Sequence record: ON528715 | Length of the DNA stretch: 39,034 nt | Reading direction: 5' to 3' (one strand) | Origin: Shigella phage ESh1 | Part shown: in pieces, positions 17,705 to 28,852 of the stretch | How positions within the stretch are numbered: position 1 is the stretch's first letter | Layout: the number at the start of each line of letters is the position of its first letter | Made by a program: the position numbers and the translations under genes | The notes under the pieces: generated by a model | The model's input: only the letters and a program-made list of their open reading frames with translations | Told to the model about the DNA's origin: nothing | The model's database searches: none

Positions 17705-18159
17705 TGGCTCGTGTACAGTTTAAACAACGTGAATCTACTGACGCAATCTTTGTCCACTGCTCGGCTACTAAGCCAAGTCAGAATGTAGGAGTTCGCGAGA
17801 TTCGGCAGTGGCATAAAGAGCAGGGTTGGCTTGATGTAGGGTATCACTTTATCATCAAGAGAGATGGTACTGTGGAGGAAGGCCGAGATGAGATGGCTGT
17901 AGGCTCTCACGTTAAGGGACACAACCACAACTCTATTGGCGTCTGCCTTGTAGGTGGTATCGACGATAAAGGTAAGTTTGACGCTAACTTTACGCCAGCC
18001 CAAATGCAATCCCTTCGCTCACTGCTTGTCACACTGCTGGCTAAGTACGAAGGTGCTGTGCTTCGGGCGCATCATGATGTGGCACCTAAGGCTTGCCCAT
18101 CGTTCGACCTTAAGCGTTGGTGGGAGAAGAACGAACTGGTCACTTCTGACCGTGGATAA
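17704..18159 (+). CDS. 3.5: Lysozyme / N-acetylmuramoyl-L-alanine amidase, RNAP inhibitor (gp3.5)
   Basis: 151 aa MARVQFKQRESTDAIFVHCSATKPSQNVGVREIRQWH.., as T7 lysozyme. Confidence 0.95.
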   Translation: MARVQFKQRESTDAIFVHCSATKPSQNVGVREIRQWHKEQGWLDVGYHFIIKRDGTVEEGRDEMAVGSHVKGHNHNSIGVCLVGGIDDKGKFDANFTPAQMQSLRSLLVTLLAKYEGAVLRAHHDVAPKACPSFDLKRWWEKNELVTSDRG

Positions 18160-18160
18160 T

Positions 18161-18183
18161 TAATTAAACTCACTAAAGGGAGA
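18161..18183 (+). promoter_or_regulatory. Phage RNAP promoter phi3.8-like
   Basis: TAATTAAACTCACTAAAGGGAGA followed by ACCACAACGGTTTCCC; here it directly precedes gene 4. Confidence 0.75.
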
Positions 18184-18215
18184 CCACAACGGTTTCCCTT
18201 TGTTCGCAATGTTGA

Positions 18216-19931
<1,716 letters not shown>

Positions 19932-19949
19932 CAAGATTCTTGACGATTT

Positions 19950-19972
19950 CAATACGACTCACTAAAGGAGAC
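19950..19972 (+). promoter_or_regulatory. Phage RNAP promoter phi4.3
   Basis: CAATACGACTCACTAAAGGAGAC upstream of gene 4.3. Confidence 0.75.
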
Positions 19973-19979
19973 ACACATC

Positions 19980-20192
19980 ATGTTCAAACTGATTAAGAAA
20001 TTAGGCCAACTGCTGGTTCGCATGTACAACGTGGAAGCCAAGCGTCTGAACGATGAGGCTCGTAAAGAGGCCACACAGTCACGCGCTCTGGCGGTTCGCT
20101 CCAATGAACTGGCTGACAGTGCGTCCACAAAAGTTACCGAAGCTGCTCGTGTAGCAAACCAAGCTCAACAGCTTTCCAAATTCTTTGAGTAA
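19980..20192 (+). CDS. 4.3: gp4.3
   Basis: 70 aa MFKLIKKLGQLLVRMYNVEAKRLNDEARKE.., as T7 gp4.3. Confidence 0.85.
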   Translation: MFKLIKKLGQLLVRMYNVEAKRLNDEARKEATQSRALAVRSNELADSASTKVTEAARVANQAQQLSKFFE

Positions 20193-20211
20193 TCAAACAG
20201 GAGAAACCATT

Positions 20212-20481
20212 ATGTCAAACGTAGCTGAAACTATTCGCCTATCCGATACGGCTGACCAGTGGAACCGTCGAGTCCACATCAACGTTCGTAACGGTAAGGC
20301 GACTATGGTCTACCGTTGGAAGGACTCTAAGTCCTCTAAGAATCACACTCAGCGTATGACGTTGACAGATGAGCAAGCACTTCGTCTGGTTAATGCGCTT
20401 ACCAAGGCTGCCGTGACAGCAATCCATGAAGCTGGTCGCGTCAATGAAGCTATGGCTATCCTCGACAAGATTGATAGCTAA
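20212..20481 (+). CDS. 4.5: gp4.5
   Basis: 89 aa MSNVAETIRLSDTADQWNRRVHINVRNGKATMVYRW..; RBS ACAGGAGAAA; start chosen by homology. Confidence 0.85.
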   Translation: MSNVAETIRLSDTADQWNRRVHINVRNGKATMVYRWKDSKSSKNHTQRMTLTDEQALRLVNALTKAAVTAIHEAGRVNEAMAILDKIDS

Positions 20482-20482
20482 G

Positions 20483-20525
20483 AGTGGTATCCTCAAGGTC
20501 GCCCAAGTGGTGGCCTTCATGAATA
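20483..20525 (+). promoter_or_regulatory. RNase III site R4.7
   Basis: TATCCTCAAGGTCGCCCAAGTGGTGGCCTTCATGAATAC hairpin motif. Confidence 0.5.
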
Positions 20526-20548
20526 CTATTCAACTCACTATAGGAGAT
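20526..20548 (+). promoter_or_regulatory. Phage RNAP promoter phi4.7
   Basis: CTATTCAACTCACTATAGGAGAT, weaker match to consensus. Confidence 0.6.
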
Positions 20549-20554
20549 ATTACC

Positions 20555-20962
20555 ATGCGTGACCCTAAAGTTATCCAAGCAGAAATCGCTAAGTTAGAAG
20601 CTGAACTGGAGGACGTTAAGTACCATGAAGCTAAGACTCGCTCCGCTGTTCATATCTTGAAGAACTTAGGCTGGACTTGGACAAGACAGACTGGCTGGAA
20701 GAAACCAGAAGTTACCAAGCTGAGCCACAAGGTGTTTGATAAGGACACTATGACCCACATCAAGGCTGGTGATTGGGTTAAGGTTGACATGGGAGTCGTT
20801 GGTGGATATGGCTACGTCCGCTCAGTGAGTGGCAAATATGCACAAGTATCATACATCACAGGTGTTACCCCACGAGGAGCAATCGTTGCCGATAAGACCA
20901 GCATGATTCACACAGGTTTCTTGACAGTTGTTTCATACGAAGAGATTGTTAAGTCACGATAA
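20555..20962 (+). CDS. 4.7: gp4.7
   Basis: 135 aa MRDPKVIQAEIAKLEAELEDVKYHEAKTRS.., as T7 gp4.7; start is the internal Met of ORF 20426..20962. Confidence 0.85.
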   Translation: MRDPKVIQAEIAKLEAELEDVKYHEAKTRSAVHILKNLGWTWTRQTGWKKPEVTKLSHKVFDKDTMTHIKAGDWVKVDMGVVGGYGYVRSVSGKYAQVSYITGVTPRGAIVADKTSMIHTGFLTVVSYEEIVKSR

Positions 20963-20980
20963 TCAATAGGAGAAATCAAT

Positions 20981-23095
20981 ATGATCGTTTCTGACATCGA
21001 AGCTAACGCCCTCTTAGAGAGCGTCACTAAGTTCCACTGCGGGGTTATCTACGACTACTCCACCGCTGAGTACGTAAGTTACCGCCCGAGTGACTTCGGT
21101 GCGTATCTGGATGCGCTGGAAGCCGAGGTTGCACGAGGCGGTCTTATTGTGTTCCACAACGGTCACAAGTATGACGTTCCTGCATTGACCAAACTGGCAA
21201 AGCTACAATTGAACCGAGAGTTCCATCTTCCTCGTGAGAACTGTATTGACACCCTAGTGCTGTCACGCTTGATTCACTCTAACCTCAAAGACACCGATAT
21301 GGGTCTTCTGCGTTCCGGCAAGTTGCCAGGAAAACGCTTTGGGTCTCACGCTTTGGAGGCGTGGGGTTATCGCTTAGGCGAGATGAAGGGTGAATACAAA
21401 GACGACTTTAAGCGTATGCTTGAAGAGCAGGGTGAAGAATACATCGACGGAATGGAGTGGTGGAACTTCAACGAAGAGATGATGGACTATAACGTTCAGG
21501 ACGTTGTGGTCACTAAAGCTCTCCTTGAGAAGCTACTCTCTGACAAACATTACTTCCCTCCTGAGATTGACTTCACGGACGTAGGATACACTACGTTCTG
21601 GTCAGAATCCCTTGAGGCCGTTGATATTGAACATCGCGCTGCGTGGCTGCTCGCTAAGCAAGAGCGCAATGGGTTCCCGTTTGACACGAAAGCAATCGAA
21701 GAGTTGTACGTAGAGTTAGCTGCCCGTCGCTCTGAGTTGCTCCGTAAATTGACCGAAACGTTCGGCTCATGGTATCAACCGAAAGGTGGCACTGAGATGT
21801 TCTGCCATCCGCGAACAGGTAAGCCGCTACCTAAGTACCCTCGCATTAAGACACCTAAAGTTGGTGGAATCTTTAAGAAGCCTAAGAACAAGGCACAGCG
21901 AGAAGGCCGTGAGCCTTGCGAACTGGATACCCGCGAGTACGTTGCTGGTGCTCCTTATACTCCAGTGGAGCACGTAGTGTTTAACCCTTCGTCTCGTGAC
22001 CACATTCAGAAGAAACTCCAAGAGGCTGGATGGGTCCCGACCAAGTACACCGATAAGGGCGCTCCTGTGGTGGACGATGAGGTACTCGAAGGTGTTCGTG
22101 TAGATGACCCTGAGAAGCAAGCTGCTATCGACCTCATTAAAGAGTATCTAATGATTCAGAAGCGAATCGGACAGTCTGCTGAGGGAGACAAGGCATGGCT
22201 TCGTTACGTTGCTGAGGACGGTAAGATTCATGGTTCTGTTAACCCCAATGGAGCGGTTACTGGGCGTGCGACCCATGCGTTCCCCAACCTTGCACAAATT
22301 CCTGGTGTACGTTCTCCTTATGGAGAGCAGTGTCGCGCTGCTTTTGGCGCTGAGCACCATTTGGATGGGATAACTGGTAAGCCTTGGGTGCAGGCAGGTA
22401 TCGACGCATCCGGTCTGGAGTTACGCTGCTTGGCCCACTTTATGGCTCGCTTTGATAACGGAGAGTATGCTCACGAGATTCTTAATGGCGACATCCACAC
22501 TAAGAACCAGATGGCTGCCGAATTGCCTACCCGTGATAACGCCAAGACGTTCATCTATGGGTTCCTCTATGGTGCTGGTGACGAGAAGATTGGACAGATT
22601 GTTGGTGCTGGTAAAGAGCGCGGTAAGGAACTAAAGAAGAAATTCCTTGAGAACACCCCAGCTATCGCAGCACTCCGTGAGTCTATCCAACAGGCACTTG
22701 TCGAGTCCTCTCAGTGGGTTGCTGGTGAACAGCGAGTCAAGTGGAAACGCCGCTGGATTAAAGGTCTGGATGGTCGTAAGGTACACGTTCGTAGTCCTCA
22801 CGCTGCCTTGAATACCCTACTGCAATCTGCTGGTGCTCTTATCTGCAAACTGTGGATTATCAAGACCGAAGAGATGCTCGTAGAGAAAGGCTTGAAGCAT
22901 GGCTGGGATGGGGACTTTGCGTACATGGCATGGGTACATGATGAAATTCAAGTAGGTTGCCGTACCGAAGAGATTGCTCAGGTGGTCATCGAGACCGCAC
23001 AAGAGGCGATGCGCTGGGTGGGAGACCACTGGAACTTCCGGTGTCTTCTGGATACCGAAGGTAAGATGGGTCCTAATTGGGCCGTATGTCACTAA
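20981..23095 (+). CDS. 5: DNA polymerase (gp5), family A with 3'-5' exonuclease
   Basis: 704 aa [36 protein letters not shown]...; same length and sequence as T7 gp5 as recalled. Confidence 0.97.
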   Translation: MIVSDIEANALLESVTKFHCGVIYDYSTAEYVSYRPSDFGAYLDALEAEVARGGLIVFHNGHKYDVPALTKLAKLQLNREFHLPRENCIDTLVLSRLIHSNLKDTDMGLLRSGKLPGKRFGSHALEAWGYRLGEMKGEYKDDFKRMLEEQGEEYIDGMEWWNFNEEMMDYNVQDVVVTKALLEKLLSDKHYFPPEIDFTDVGYTTFWSESLEAVDIEHRAAWLLAKQERNGFPFDTKAIEELYVELAARRSELLRKLTETFGSWYQPKGGTEMFCHPRTGKPLPKYPRIKTPKVGGIFKKPKNKAQREGREPCELDTREYVAGAPYTPVEHVVFNPSSRDHIQKKLQEAGWVPTKYTDKGAPVVDDEVLEGVRVDDPEKQAAIDLIKEYLMIQKRIGQSAEGDKAWLRYVAEDGKIHGSVNPNGAVTGRATHAFPNLAQIPGVRSPYGEQCRAAFGAEHHLDGITGKPWVQAGIDASGLELRCLAHFMARFDNGEYAHEILNGDIHTKNQMAAELPTRDNAKTFIYGFLYGAGDEKIGQIVGAGKERGKELKKKFLENTPAIAALRESIQQALVESSQWVAGEQRVKWKRRWIKGLDGRKVHVRSPHAALNTLLQSAGALICKLWIIKTEEMLVEKGLKHGWDGDFAYMAWVHDEIQVGCRTEEIAQVVIETAQEAMRWVGDHWNFRCLLDTEGKMGPNWAVCH

Positions 23096-23114
23096 TTCTA
23101 TAGGAGAAATTATT

Positions 23115-23411
23115 ATGGCTATCACTAAGAAATTTAAAGTGTCATTTGACGTTACCCTTAAGCTGGACAGCGAGACAGAAGAATTGATGCGAGAAAAGAT
23201 TCTGGACCTAGCCCATCGTGCTGGTGCTGGTGAGGAAATTGCTCCTATGGACCGAGAGTTGCTAGTTCAGGCCCTGACACGTGGTCCAGACGGTGCCGCT
23301 GCATTTGCTGTTCGCCAAGGTATCCGTAACGCTGTAAAGGAGATGTTCGAAGAGACTAGTGATAAATCACTGTTCAAACAATCCCCTGCAACTGTACGGG
23401 AGGTGTTCTGA
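23115..23411 (+). CDS. 5.5: gp5.5 (H-NS-binding protein homolog)
   Basis: 98 aa MAITKKFKVSFDVTLKLDSETEELMREKILDLAHRAG..; assigned as 5.5 by length and position immediately before 5.7. Confidence 0.7.
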   Translation: MAITKKFKVSFDVTLKLDSETEELMREKILDLAHRAGAGEEIAPMDRELLVQALTRGPDGAAAFAVRQGIRNAVKEMFEETSDKSLFKQSPATVREVF

Positions 23412-23620
23412 TGTCTGACTATCTGAAAGTGCTGCAAGCAATCAAAGGTTGCCCTAAGACTTTCCAGTCCAACTATGTGCGTAACAATGCGAGCCTCGTA
23501 GCGGAGGCCGCTTCTCGCGGGCACATCTCGTGCCTGACTACTAGTGGACGTAACGGTGGCGCTTGGGAAATCACTGCTTCCGGTACTCGCTTTCTGAAAC
23601 GAATGGGAGGATGTGTCTAA
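23411..23620 (+). CDS. 5.7: gp5.7
   Basis: 69 aa MSDYLKVLQAIKGCPKTFQSNYVRNNASLVAEAASRGH.., as T7 gp5.7. Confidence 0.85.
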   Translation: MSDYLKVLQAIKGCPKTFQSNYVRNNASLVAEAASRGHISCLTTSGRNGGAWEITASGTRFLKRMGGCV

Positions 23621-23778
23621 TGTCTCGTGACCTTGTGACTATTCCGCGTGATGTGTGGAACGATATGCAGGGCTACATCGACTCTCTGGAACGTGAGAAC
23701 GATAGCCTTAAGAATCAACTGATGGAGGCTGACGAATACGTAGCCGAACTAGAGGAGAAACTTAATGGCACTTCTTGA
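23620..23778 (+). CDS. 5.9: gp5.9, RecBCD inhibitor
   Basis: 52 aa MSRDLVTIPRDVWNDMQGYIDSLERENDSLKNQLMEADEYVAELEEKLNGTS; acidic DNA-mimic-like. Confidence 0.85.
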   Translation: MSRDLVTIPRDVWNDMQGYIDSLERENDSLKNQLMEADEYVAELEEKLNGTS

Positions 23779-24667
23779 TCTTAAACAGTTCTACGAGTTA
23801 CGTGAAGGATGTAACGACAAAGGAATCCTTGTGATGGATGGTGACTGGCTTGTCTTTCAAGCTATGAGTGCTGCTGAGTTCGATGCCTCATGGGAGGAAG
23901 AGATTTGGCACCGCTGCTGTGACCACGCTAAGGCCCGTCAGATTCTTGAGGATTCCATCAAGTCCTACGAGACCCGTAAGAAGGCTTGGGTAGGTGCTCC
24001 GATTGTCCTTGCGTTCACCGATAGTGTTAACTGGCGTAAAGAACTGGTGGACCCGAACTACAAGGCTAACCGTAAGGCCACTAAGAAACCTGTAGGTTAC
24101 TTTGAGTTCCTTGAGGCCCTCTTTGAGCGAGAAGAGTTCTACTGCATCCGTGAGCCTATGCTTGAGGGTGATGACGTTATGGGAGTAATTGCTTCCAATC
24201 CGTCTGCCTTTGGTGCTCGTAAGGCGGTAATCATCTCGTGTGATAAGGACTTTAAGACCATCCCTAACTGTGACTTCCTGTGGTGTACAACTGGTAACAT
24301 CCTGACTCAGACCGAAGAGTCCGCTGACTGGTGGCACCTCTTCCAGACAATCAAGGGTGACATTACCGATGGTTACTCAGGGATTGCTGGGTGGGGTGAT
24401 ACTGCCGAGGACTTCTTGAACAACCCGTTCATTACCGAGCCTAAAACGTCTGTGCTTAAGTCTGGAAAGAACAAAGGCCAAGAGGTTACTAAATGGGTTA
24501 AACGCGACCCTGAGCCACATGAGACGCTTTGGGACTGCATTAAGTCTATCGGAGCGAAGGCCGGTATGACCGAAGAGGATGTTATCAAGCAGGGCCAGAT
24601 GGCTCGCATCCTTCGGTTCAACGAGTACAACTTTATTGACAAGGAGATTTACCTGTGGAGACCGTAG
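23765..24667 (+). CDS. 6: 5'-3' exonuclease (gp6)
   Basis: 300 aa MALLDLKQFYELREGCNDKGILVMDGDWLVFQAMSA.., as T7 gp6. Confidence 0.95.
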   Translation: MALLDLKQFYELREGCNDKGILVMDGDWLVFQAMSAAEFDASWEEEIWHRCCDHAKARQILEDSIKSYETRKKAWVGAPIVLAFTDSVNWRKELVDPNYKANRKATKKPVGYFEFLEALFEREEFYCIREPMLEGDDVMGVIASNPSAFGARKAVIISCDKDFKTIPNCDFLWCTTGNILTQTEESADWWHLFQTIKGDITDGYSGIAGWGDTAEDFLNNPFITEPKTSVLKSGKNKGQEVTKWVKRDPEPHETLWDCIKSIGAKAGMTEEDVIKQGQMARILRFNEYNFIDKEIYLWRP

Positions 24668-24768
24668 CGTATATTGGCATTGGTCTTAGTGCTCTCGGAG
24701 TGTGCCTCATTGCGTGGGGCCTTTGGGACTTAGCCAGAATAATCAAGTCGTTACACGACACTAAGTGA
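24655..24768 (+). CDS. 6.3: gp6.3 small membrane protein (GTG start)
   Basis: 37 aa (M)ETVAYIGIGLSALGVCLIAWGLWDLARIIKSLHDTK, overlaps the gene 6 end as in T7. Confidence 0.6.
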   Translation: METVAYIGIGLSALGVCLIAWGLWDLARIIKSLHDTK

Positions 24769-24769
24769 T

Positions 24770-24830
24770 AAACTCAAGGTCCCTAAATTAATACGACTCA
24801 CTATAGGGAGATAGGGGCCTTTATGATTAT
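24770..24830 (+). promoter_or_regulatory. RNase III site R6.5 region (flanks phi6.5)
   Basis: AAACTCAAGGTCCC ... GGGGCCTTTATGATTATTAC pairing around the promoter. Confidence 0.5.
24789..24811 (+). promoter_or_regulatory. Phage RNAP promoter phi6.5
   Basis: TAATACGACTCACTATAGGGAGA exact consensus. Confidence 0.9.
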
Positions 24831-24865
24831 TACTTTAAGATTTAACTCTAAGAGGAATCTTTATC

Positions 24866-25120
24866 ATGTTAACACCTATTCAACAATTACTTAAGAACCC
24901 TAACGATATTCCAGATGTACCTCGTGCAACCGCTGAGTATCTACAGGTTCGATTCAACCACGCGTACCTCGAAGCGTCTGGTCATATAGGATTTATGCGT
25001 GCTAGTGGTTGTAGTGAATCCCACATCTTGGGTTTCATTCAGGGCCTACAGTATGCCTCTAACATCATTGACGAGATTGAGTTACGCAGGGAACAACTAA
25101 GAGATGATGGGGAGGATTAA
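24866..25120 (+). CDS. 6.5: gp6.5
   Basis: 84 aa [40 protein letters not shown].. Confidence 0.85.
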   Translation: MLTPIQQLLKNPNDIPDVPRATAEYLQVRFNHAYLEASGHIGFMRASGCSESHILGFIQGLQYASNIIDEIELRREQLRDDGED

Positions 25121-25124
25121 CCTT

Positions 25125-25394
25125 ATGTGTTTCTCACCGAAAGTTAAAGTTCCGAAGATGGATACCAATCAGATTCGAGCCGTTGAGCCAGCGCCTCTGA
25201 CCCAAGAAGTGTCAAGCGTGGAGTTCGGCGGTGGGTCTTCTGATGAGACGGATACCGAAGGCACCGAAGTGTCTGGACGCAAAGACCTCAAGGTCGAACG
25301 CGATGATTCCGTAGCGAAGTCTAAAGCCGCTGGTACTGGCTCCGCTCGTATGAAATCTTCAATCCGTAAGTCCGCATTTGGAGGCAAGAAGTAA
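25125..25394 (+). CDS. 6.7: gp6.7 virion/ejected protein
   Basis: MCFSPKVKVPKMDTNQIRAVEPAPLTQEVSSVEFGG.., start chosen by homology with T7 gp6.7. Confidence 0.8.
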   Translation: MCFSPKVKVPKMDTNQIRAVEPAPLTQEVSSVEFGGGSSDETDTEGTEVSGRKDLKVERDDSVAKSKAAGTGSARMKSSIRKSAFGGKK

Positions 25395-25795
25395 TGTCTG
25401 AGTTCACATGTGTGGAAGCTGAGAGTCGCTTCCGTGCAATCCGGTGGACTGTGGAACACCTTGGGTTGCCTAAGGGATTTGAAGGACACTTCATAGGTTA
25501 CAGCCTATACGTTGACGAAGTTATGGACATGTCCGGTTGTCGTGAAGAGTACATTCTGGACTCTACAGGAAAACATGTAGCGTACTTTGCGTGGTGTGTA
25601 AGCTGTGATATTCACCACAAGGGAGACATTCTGGACGTAACGTCAGTTGTCATTAATCCTGAGGCAGACTCTAAAGGCTTGCAGCGATTCCTAGCGAAAC
25701 GCTTTAAGAACCTTGCAGAACTCCACGATTGCAATTGGGTGTCCCGCTGTAAACATGAAGGCGAGACAATGCGTGTATACTTTAAGGAGGTATAA
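25394..25795 (+). CDS. 7: gp7 host-range/virion protein
   Basis: 133 aa MSEFTCVEAESRFRAIRWTVEHLGLPKGFEGHFIGYSLY.. Confidence 0.85.
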   Translation: MSEFTCVEAESRFRAIRWTVEHLGLPKGFEGHFIGYSLYVDEVMDMSGCREEYILDSTGKHVAYFAWCVSCDIHHKGDILDVTSVVINPEADSKGLQRFLAKRFKNLAELHDCNWVSRCKHEGETMRVYFKEV

Positions 25796-25798
25796 GTT

Positions 25799-26119
25799 AT
25801 GGGTAAGAAAATTAAGAAGGCCGTGAAGAAAGTCACCAAGCCAATTACGAAAGCCGTGAAGAAAGTTACCAAGGAAGTGGCTCGTCCTGTTAAACAGGTT
25901 GCTGGTGCGCTGGCAGGTGGTGCTGGTGAAGCACAGGTAGTGGAAGTACCACAACCAACGGCTGCTGCAACTCCTGCTGCACAGATTGTTGACGTACCTG
26001 AGAAAGAGGTTTCCACTGAGGACGAAGCACAGACCGAAAGCGGACGTAAGAAAGCCCGTGCTGGCGGTAAGAAGTCCTTAAGCGTAGCCCGTAGCTCAGG
26101 TGGCGGCATCAACATTTAA
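25799..26119 (+). CDS. 7.3: gp7.3 tail/adsorption-associated protein
   Basis: 106 aa lysine-rich MGKKIKKAVKKVTKPITKAVKKVTKEV.., about 7 aa longer than T7 gp7.3. Confidence 0.85.
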   Translation: MGKKIKKAVKKVTKPITKAVKKVTKEVARPVKQVAGALAGGAGEAQVVEVPQPTAAATPAAQIVDVPEKEVSTEDEAQTESGRKKARAGGKKSLSVARSSGGGINI

Positions 26120-26133
26120 ACAGGAGGTGACAC

Positions 26134-27744
26134 ATGGCTGAGAAGCGTACAGGTCTAGCCGAGGAAGGCGCAAAGTCCGTTTATGACAGATTGAAGAACG
26201 ACCGCGCTCCTTATGAGACTCGTGCTCAAAACTGCGCTCAGTACACCATTCCGTCCCTCTTCCCTAAGGACTCCGATAACTCATCCACAGACTACACAAC
26301 TCCGTGGCAAGCCGTGGGTGCTCGTGGTCTCAATAACTTAGCCTCTAAGCTCATGTTGGCACTCTTCCCTATGCAAACGTGGATGAAGCTGACTATCTCT
26401 GAGTATGAGGCGAAACAGTTACTGAATGACCCAGATGGACTCGCCAAGGTCGATGAGGGTCTCTCAATGGTAGAGCGTATCATCATGAACTACATTGAGT
26501 CGAACAGCTACCGAGTGACTCTCTTTGAGGCTCTCAAGCAGTTAGTAGTAGCGGGTAACGTCCTGCTGTACCTACCGGAACCAGAAGGGTCAAACTATAA
26601 TCCCATGAAGCTGTACCGATTGTCTTCTTATGTGGTCCAACGAGACGCATTCGGCAACGTTCTGCAAATGGTGACTCGTGACCAGATAGCTTTTGGTGCT
26701 CTCCCTGAGGACATCCGTAAGGCTGTAGAAGGTCAAGGCGGTGAGAAGAAAGCTGATGAGACCGTCGATGTGTACACTCACATCTATCTGGATGAGGACT
26801 CAGGTGAATACAAACGATACGAAGAGGTCGAGGGTATGGAAGTACAAGGCTCCGATGGGTCTTACCCTAAAGAGGCTTGCCCATACATCCCGATTCGAAT
26901 GGTTCGGCTCGACGGTGAATCCTACGGTCGTTCGTACATTGAGGAATACTTAGGCGACTTACGGTCCCTTGAGAATCTCCAAGAGGCCATCGTTAAGATG
27001 TCAATGATTAGCTCTAAGGTTATCGGCTTAGTGAATCCTGCTGGTATCACCCAGCCACGCCGACTGACCAAAGCTCAGACTGGCGACTTCGTTACTGGTC
27101 GTCCAGAGGACATCTCGTTCCTCCAATTGGAGAAGCAAGCAGACTTTACTGTAGCCAAGGCTGTCAGTGATGCTATTGAGGCTCGCCTTTCGTTTGCCTT
27201 TATGTTGAACTCTGCGGTTCAGCGCACAGGTGAACGTGTGACCGCCGAAGAGATTCGGTATGTCGCTTCTGAACTTGAAGATACTTTAGGTGGTGTCTAC
27301 TCTATCCTTTCTCAAGAATTACAATTGCCTCTGGTACGAGTGCTCTTGAAGCAACTACAAGCCACGCAACAGATTCCTGAGTTACCTAAGGAAGCCGTAG
27401 AGCCAACCATTAGTACAGGTCTGGAAGCAATTGGTCGAGGCCAAGACCTTGATAAGCTGGAACGCTGTGTCACTGCGTGGGCTGCTCTAGCTCCTATGCG
27501 TGATGACCCTGACATCAACCTTGCGATGATTAAGTTGCGCATTGCGAACGCTATTGGTATTGACACTTCTGGTATTCTACTCACCGAAGAACAGAAGCAA
27601 CAGAAGATGGCCCAACAGTCTATGCAAATGGGTATGGATAATGGTGCTGCTGCACTGGCCCAAGGTATGGCTGCACAAGCTACAGCTTCACCTGAAGCTA
27701 TGGCTGCTGCCGCTGATTCCGTAGGTTTACAGCCGGGCATTTAA
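26134..27744 (+). CDS. 8: Head-tail connector / portal protein (gp8)
   Basis: 536 aa MAEKRTGLAEEGAKSVYDRLKNDRAPYETRAQNCAQY.., as T7 gp8. Confidence 0.95.
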   Translation: MAEKRTGLAEEGAKSVYDRLKNDRAPYETRAQNCAQYTIPSLFPKDSDNSSTDYTTPWQAVGARGLNNLASKLMLALFPMQTWMKLTISEYEAKQLLNDPDGLAKVDEGLSMVERIIMNYIESNSYRVTLFEALKQLVVAGNVLLYLPEPEGSNYNPMKLYRLSSYVVQRDAFGNVLQMVTRDQIAFGALPEDIRKAVEGQGGEKKADETVDVYTHIYLDEDSGEYKRYEEVEGMEVQGSDGSYPKEACPYIPIRMVRLDGESYGRSYIEEYLGDLRSLENLQEAIVKMSMISSKVIGLVNPAGITQPRRLTKAQTGDFVTGRPEDISFLQLEKQADFTVAKAVSDAIEARLSFAFMLNSAVQRTGERVTAEEIRYVASELEDTLGGVYSILSQELQLPLVRVLLKQLQATQQIPELPKEAVEPTISTGLEAIGRGQDLDKLERCVTAWAALAPMRDDPDINLAMIKLRIANAIGIDTSGILLTEEQKQQKMAQQSMQMGMDNGAAALAQGMAAQATASPEAMAAAADSVGLQPGI

Positions 27745-27764
27745 TACGACTCACTATAGGGAGA
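27742..27764 (+). promoter_or_regulatory. Phage RNAP promoter phi9
   Basis: TAATACGACTCACTATAGGGAGA overlapping the gene 8 stop. Confidence 0.9.
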
Positions 27765-27843
27765 CCTCATCTTTGAAATTAGCGATGACAAGAGGTTGTA
27801 GTCCTCGGTCTTCCCATAGTTCAACTTTAAGGAGACAATAATA

Positions 27844-28758
27844 ATGGCTGAATCTAATGCAGACGTATATGCATCTTTTGGCGTGAACTCCGCTGTGATG
27901 TCTGGTGGTTCCGTTGAGGAACATGAACAGAACATGCTGGCTCTTGATGTTGCTGCCCGTGATGGCGATGATGCAATCGAGTTAGCGTCCGACGAAGTGG
28001 AAACAGAACGAGACCTGTATGACAACTCTGACCCATTCGGTCAAGAGGATGATGAGGGCCGCATTCAGGTTCGTATTGGTGATGGCTCTGAGCCGACCGA
28101 TGTTGACACTGGAGAAGAAGGCGTTGAGGGTTCCGAAGAGTTTACCCCACTGGGTGAGACTCCAGAAGAACTGGTAGCTGCCTCTGAGCAACTTGGTGAG
28201 CACGAAGAGGGCTTCCAAGAGATGATTAACATTGCTGCAGAGCGTGGCATGAGCGTCGAGACCATCGAGGCCATCCAGCGTGAGTACGAGGAGAACGAAG
28301 AGTTATCCGCTGAGTCCTACGCTAAGCTGGCTGAAATTGGTTACACGAAGGCTTTCATCGACTCGTACATTCGCGGTCAAGAAGCTCTGGTGGAGCAGTA
28401 CGTAAACAGTGTCATTGAGTACGCTGGTGGTCGTGAACGTTTTGACGCACTGTATAATCACCTTGAGACGCACAACCCTGAGGCTGCACAGTCGCTGGAC
28501 AATGCGTTGACCAATCGTGACTTAGCGACCGTTAAGGCTATCATCAACTTGGCTGGTGAGTCTCGCGCTAAGGCATTTGGTCGTAAACCAACTCGTAGCG
28601 TGACAAATCGTGCTATTCCGGCTAAACCTCAAGCTACCAAGCGTGAAGGCTTTGCGGACCGTAGCGAGATGATTAAAGCTATGAGTGACCCACGGTATCG
28701 CACAGATGCCAACTATCGTCGTCAAGTCGAACAGAAAGTAATCTACTCGAACTTCTGA
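27844..28758 (+). CDS. 9: Capsid assembly scaffolding protein (gp9)
   Basis: 304 aa acidic protein MAESNADVYASFGVNSAVMSGGSVEEHEQNMLALD.. Confidence 0.92.
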   Translation: MAESNADVYASFGVNSAVMSGGSVEEHEQNMLALDVAARDGDDAIELASDEVETERDLYDNSDPFGQEDDEGRIQVRIGDGSEPTDVDTGEEGVEGSEEFTPLGETPEELVAASEQLGEHEEGFQEMINIAAERGMSVETIEAIQREYEENEELSAESYAKLAEIGYTKAFIDSYIRGQEALVEQYVNSVIEYAGGRERFDALYNHLETHNPEAAQSLDNALTNRDLATVKAIINLAGESRAKAFGRKPTRSVTNRAIPAKPQATKREGFADRSEMIKAMSDPRYRTDANYRRQVEQKVIYSNF

Positions 28759-28771
28759 TAGACTCTGAAAT

Positions 28772-28794
28772 TAATACGACTCACTATAGGGAGA
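28772..28794 (+). promoter_or_regulatory. Phage RNAP promoter phi10 with strong RBS leader
   Basis: TAATACGACTCACTATAGGGAGACCACAACGGTTTCCCTCTAGAAAT...AAGAAGGAGA: the classic phi10/gene 10 leader. Confidence 0.95.
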
Positions 28795-28852
28795 CCACAA
28801 CGGTTTCCCTCTAGAAATCATTCTTGTTTAACTTTAAGAAGGAGACATACAT

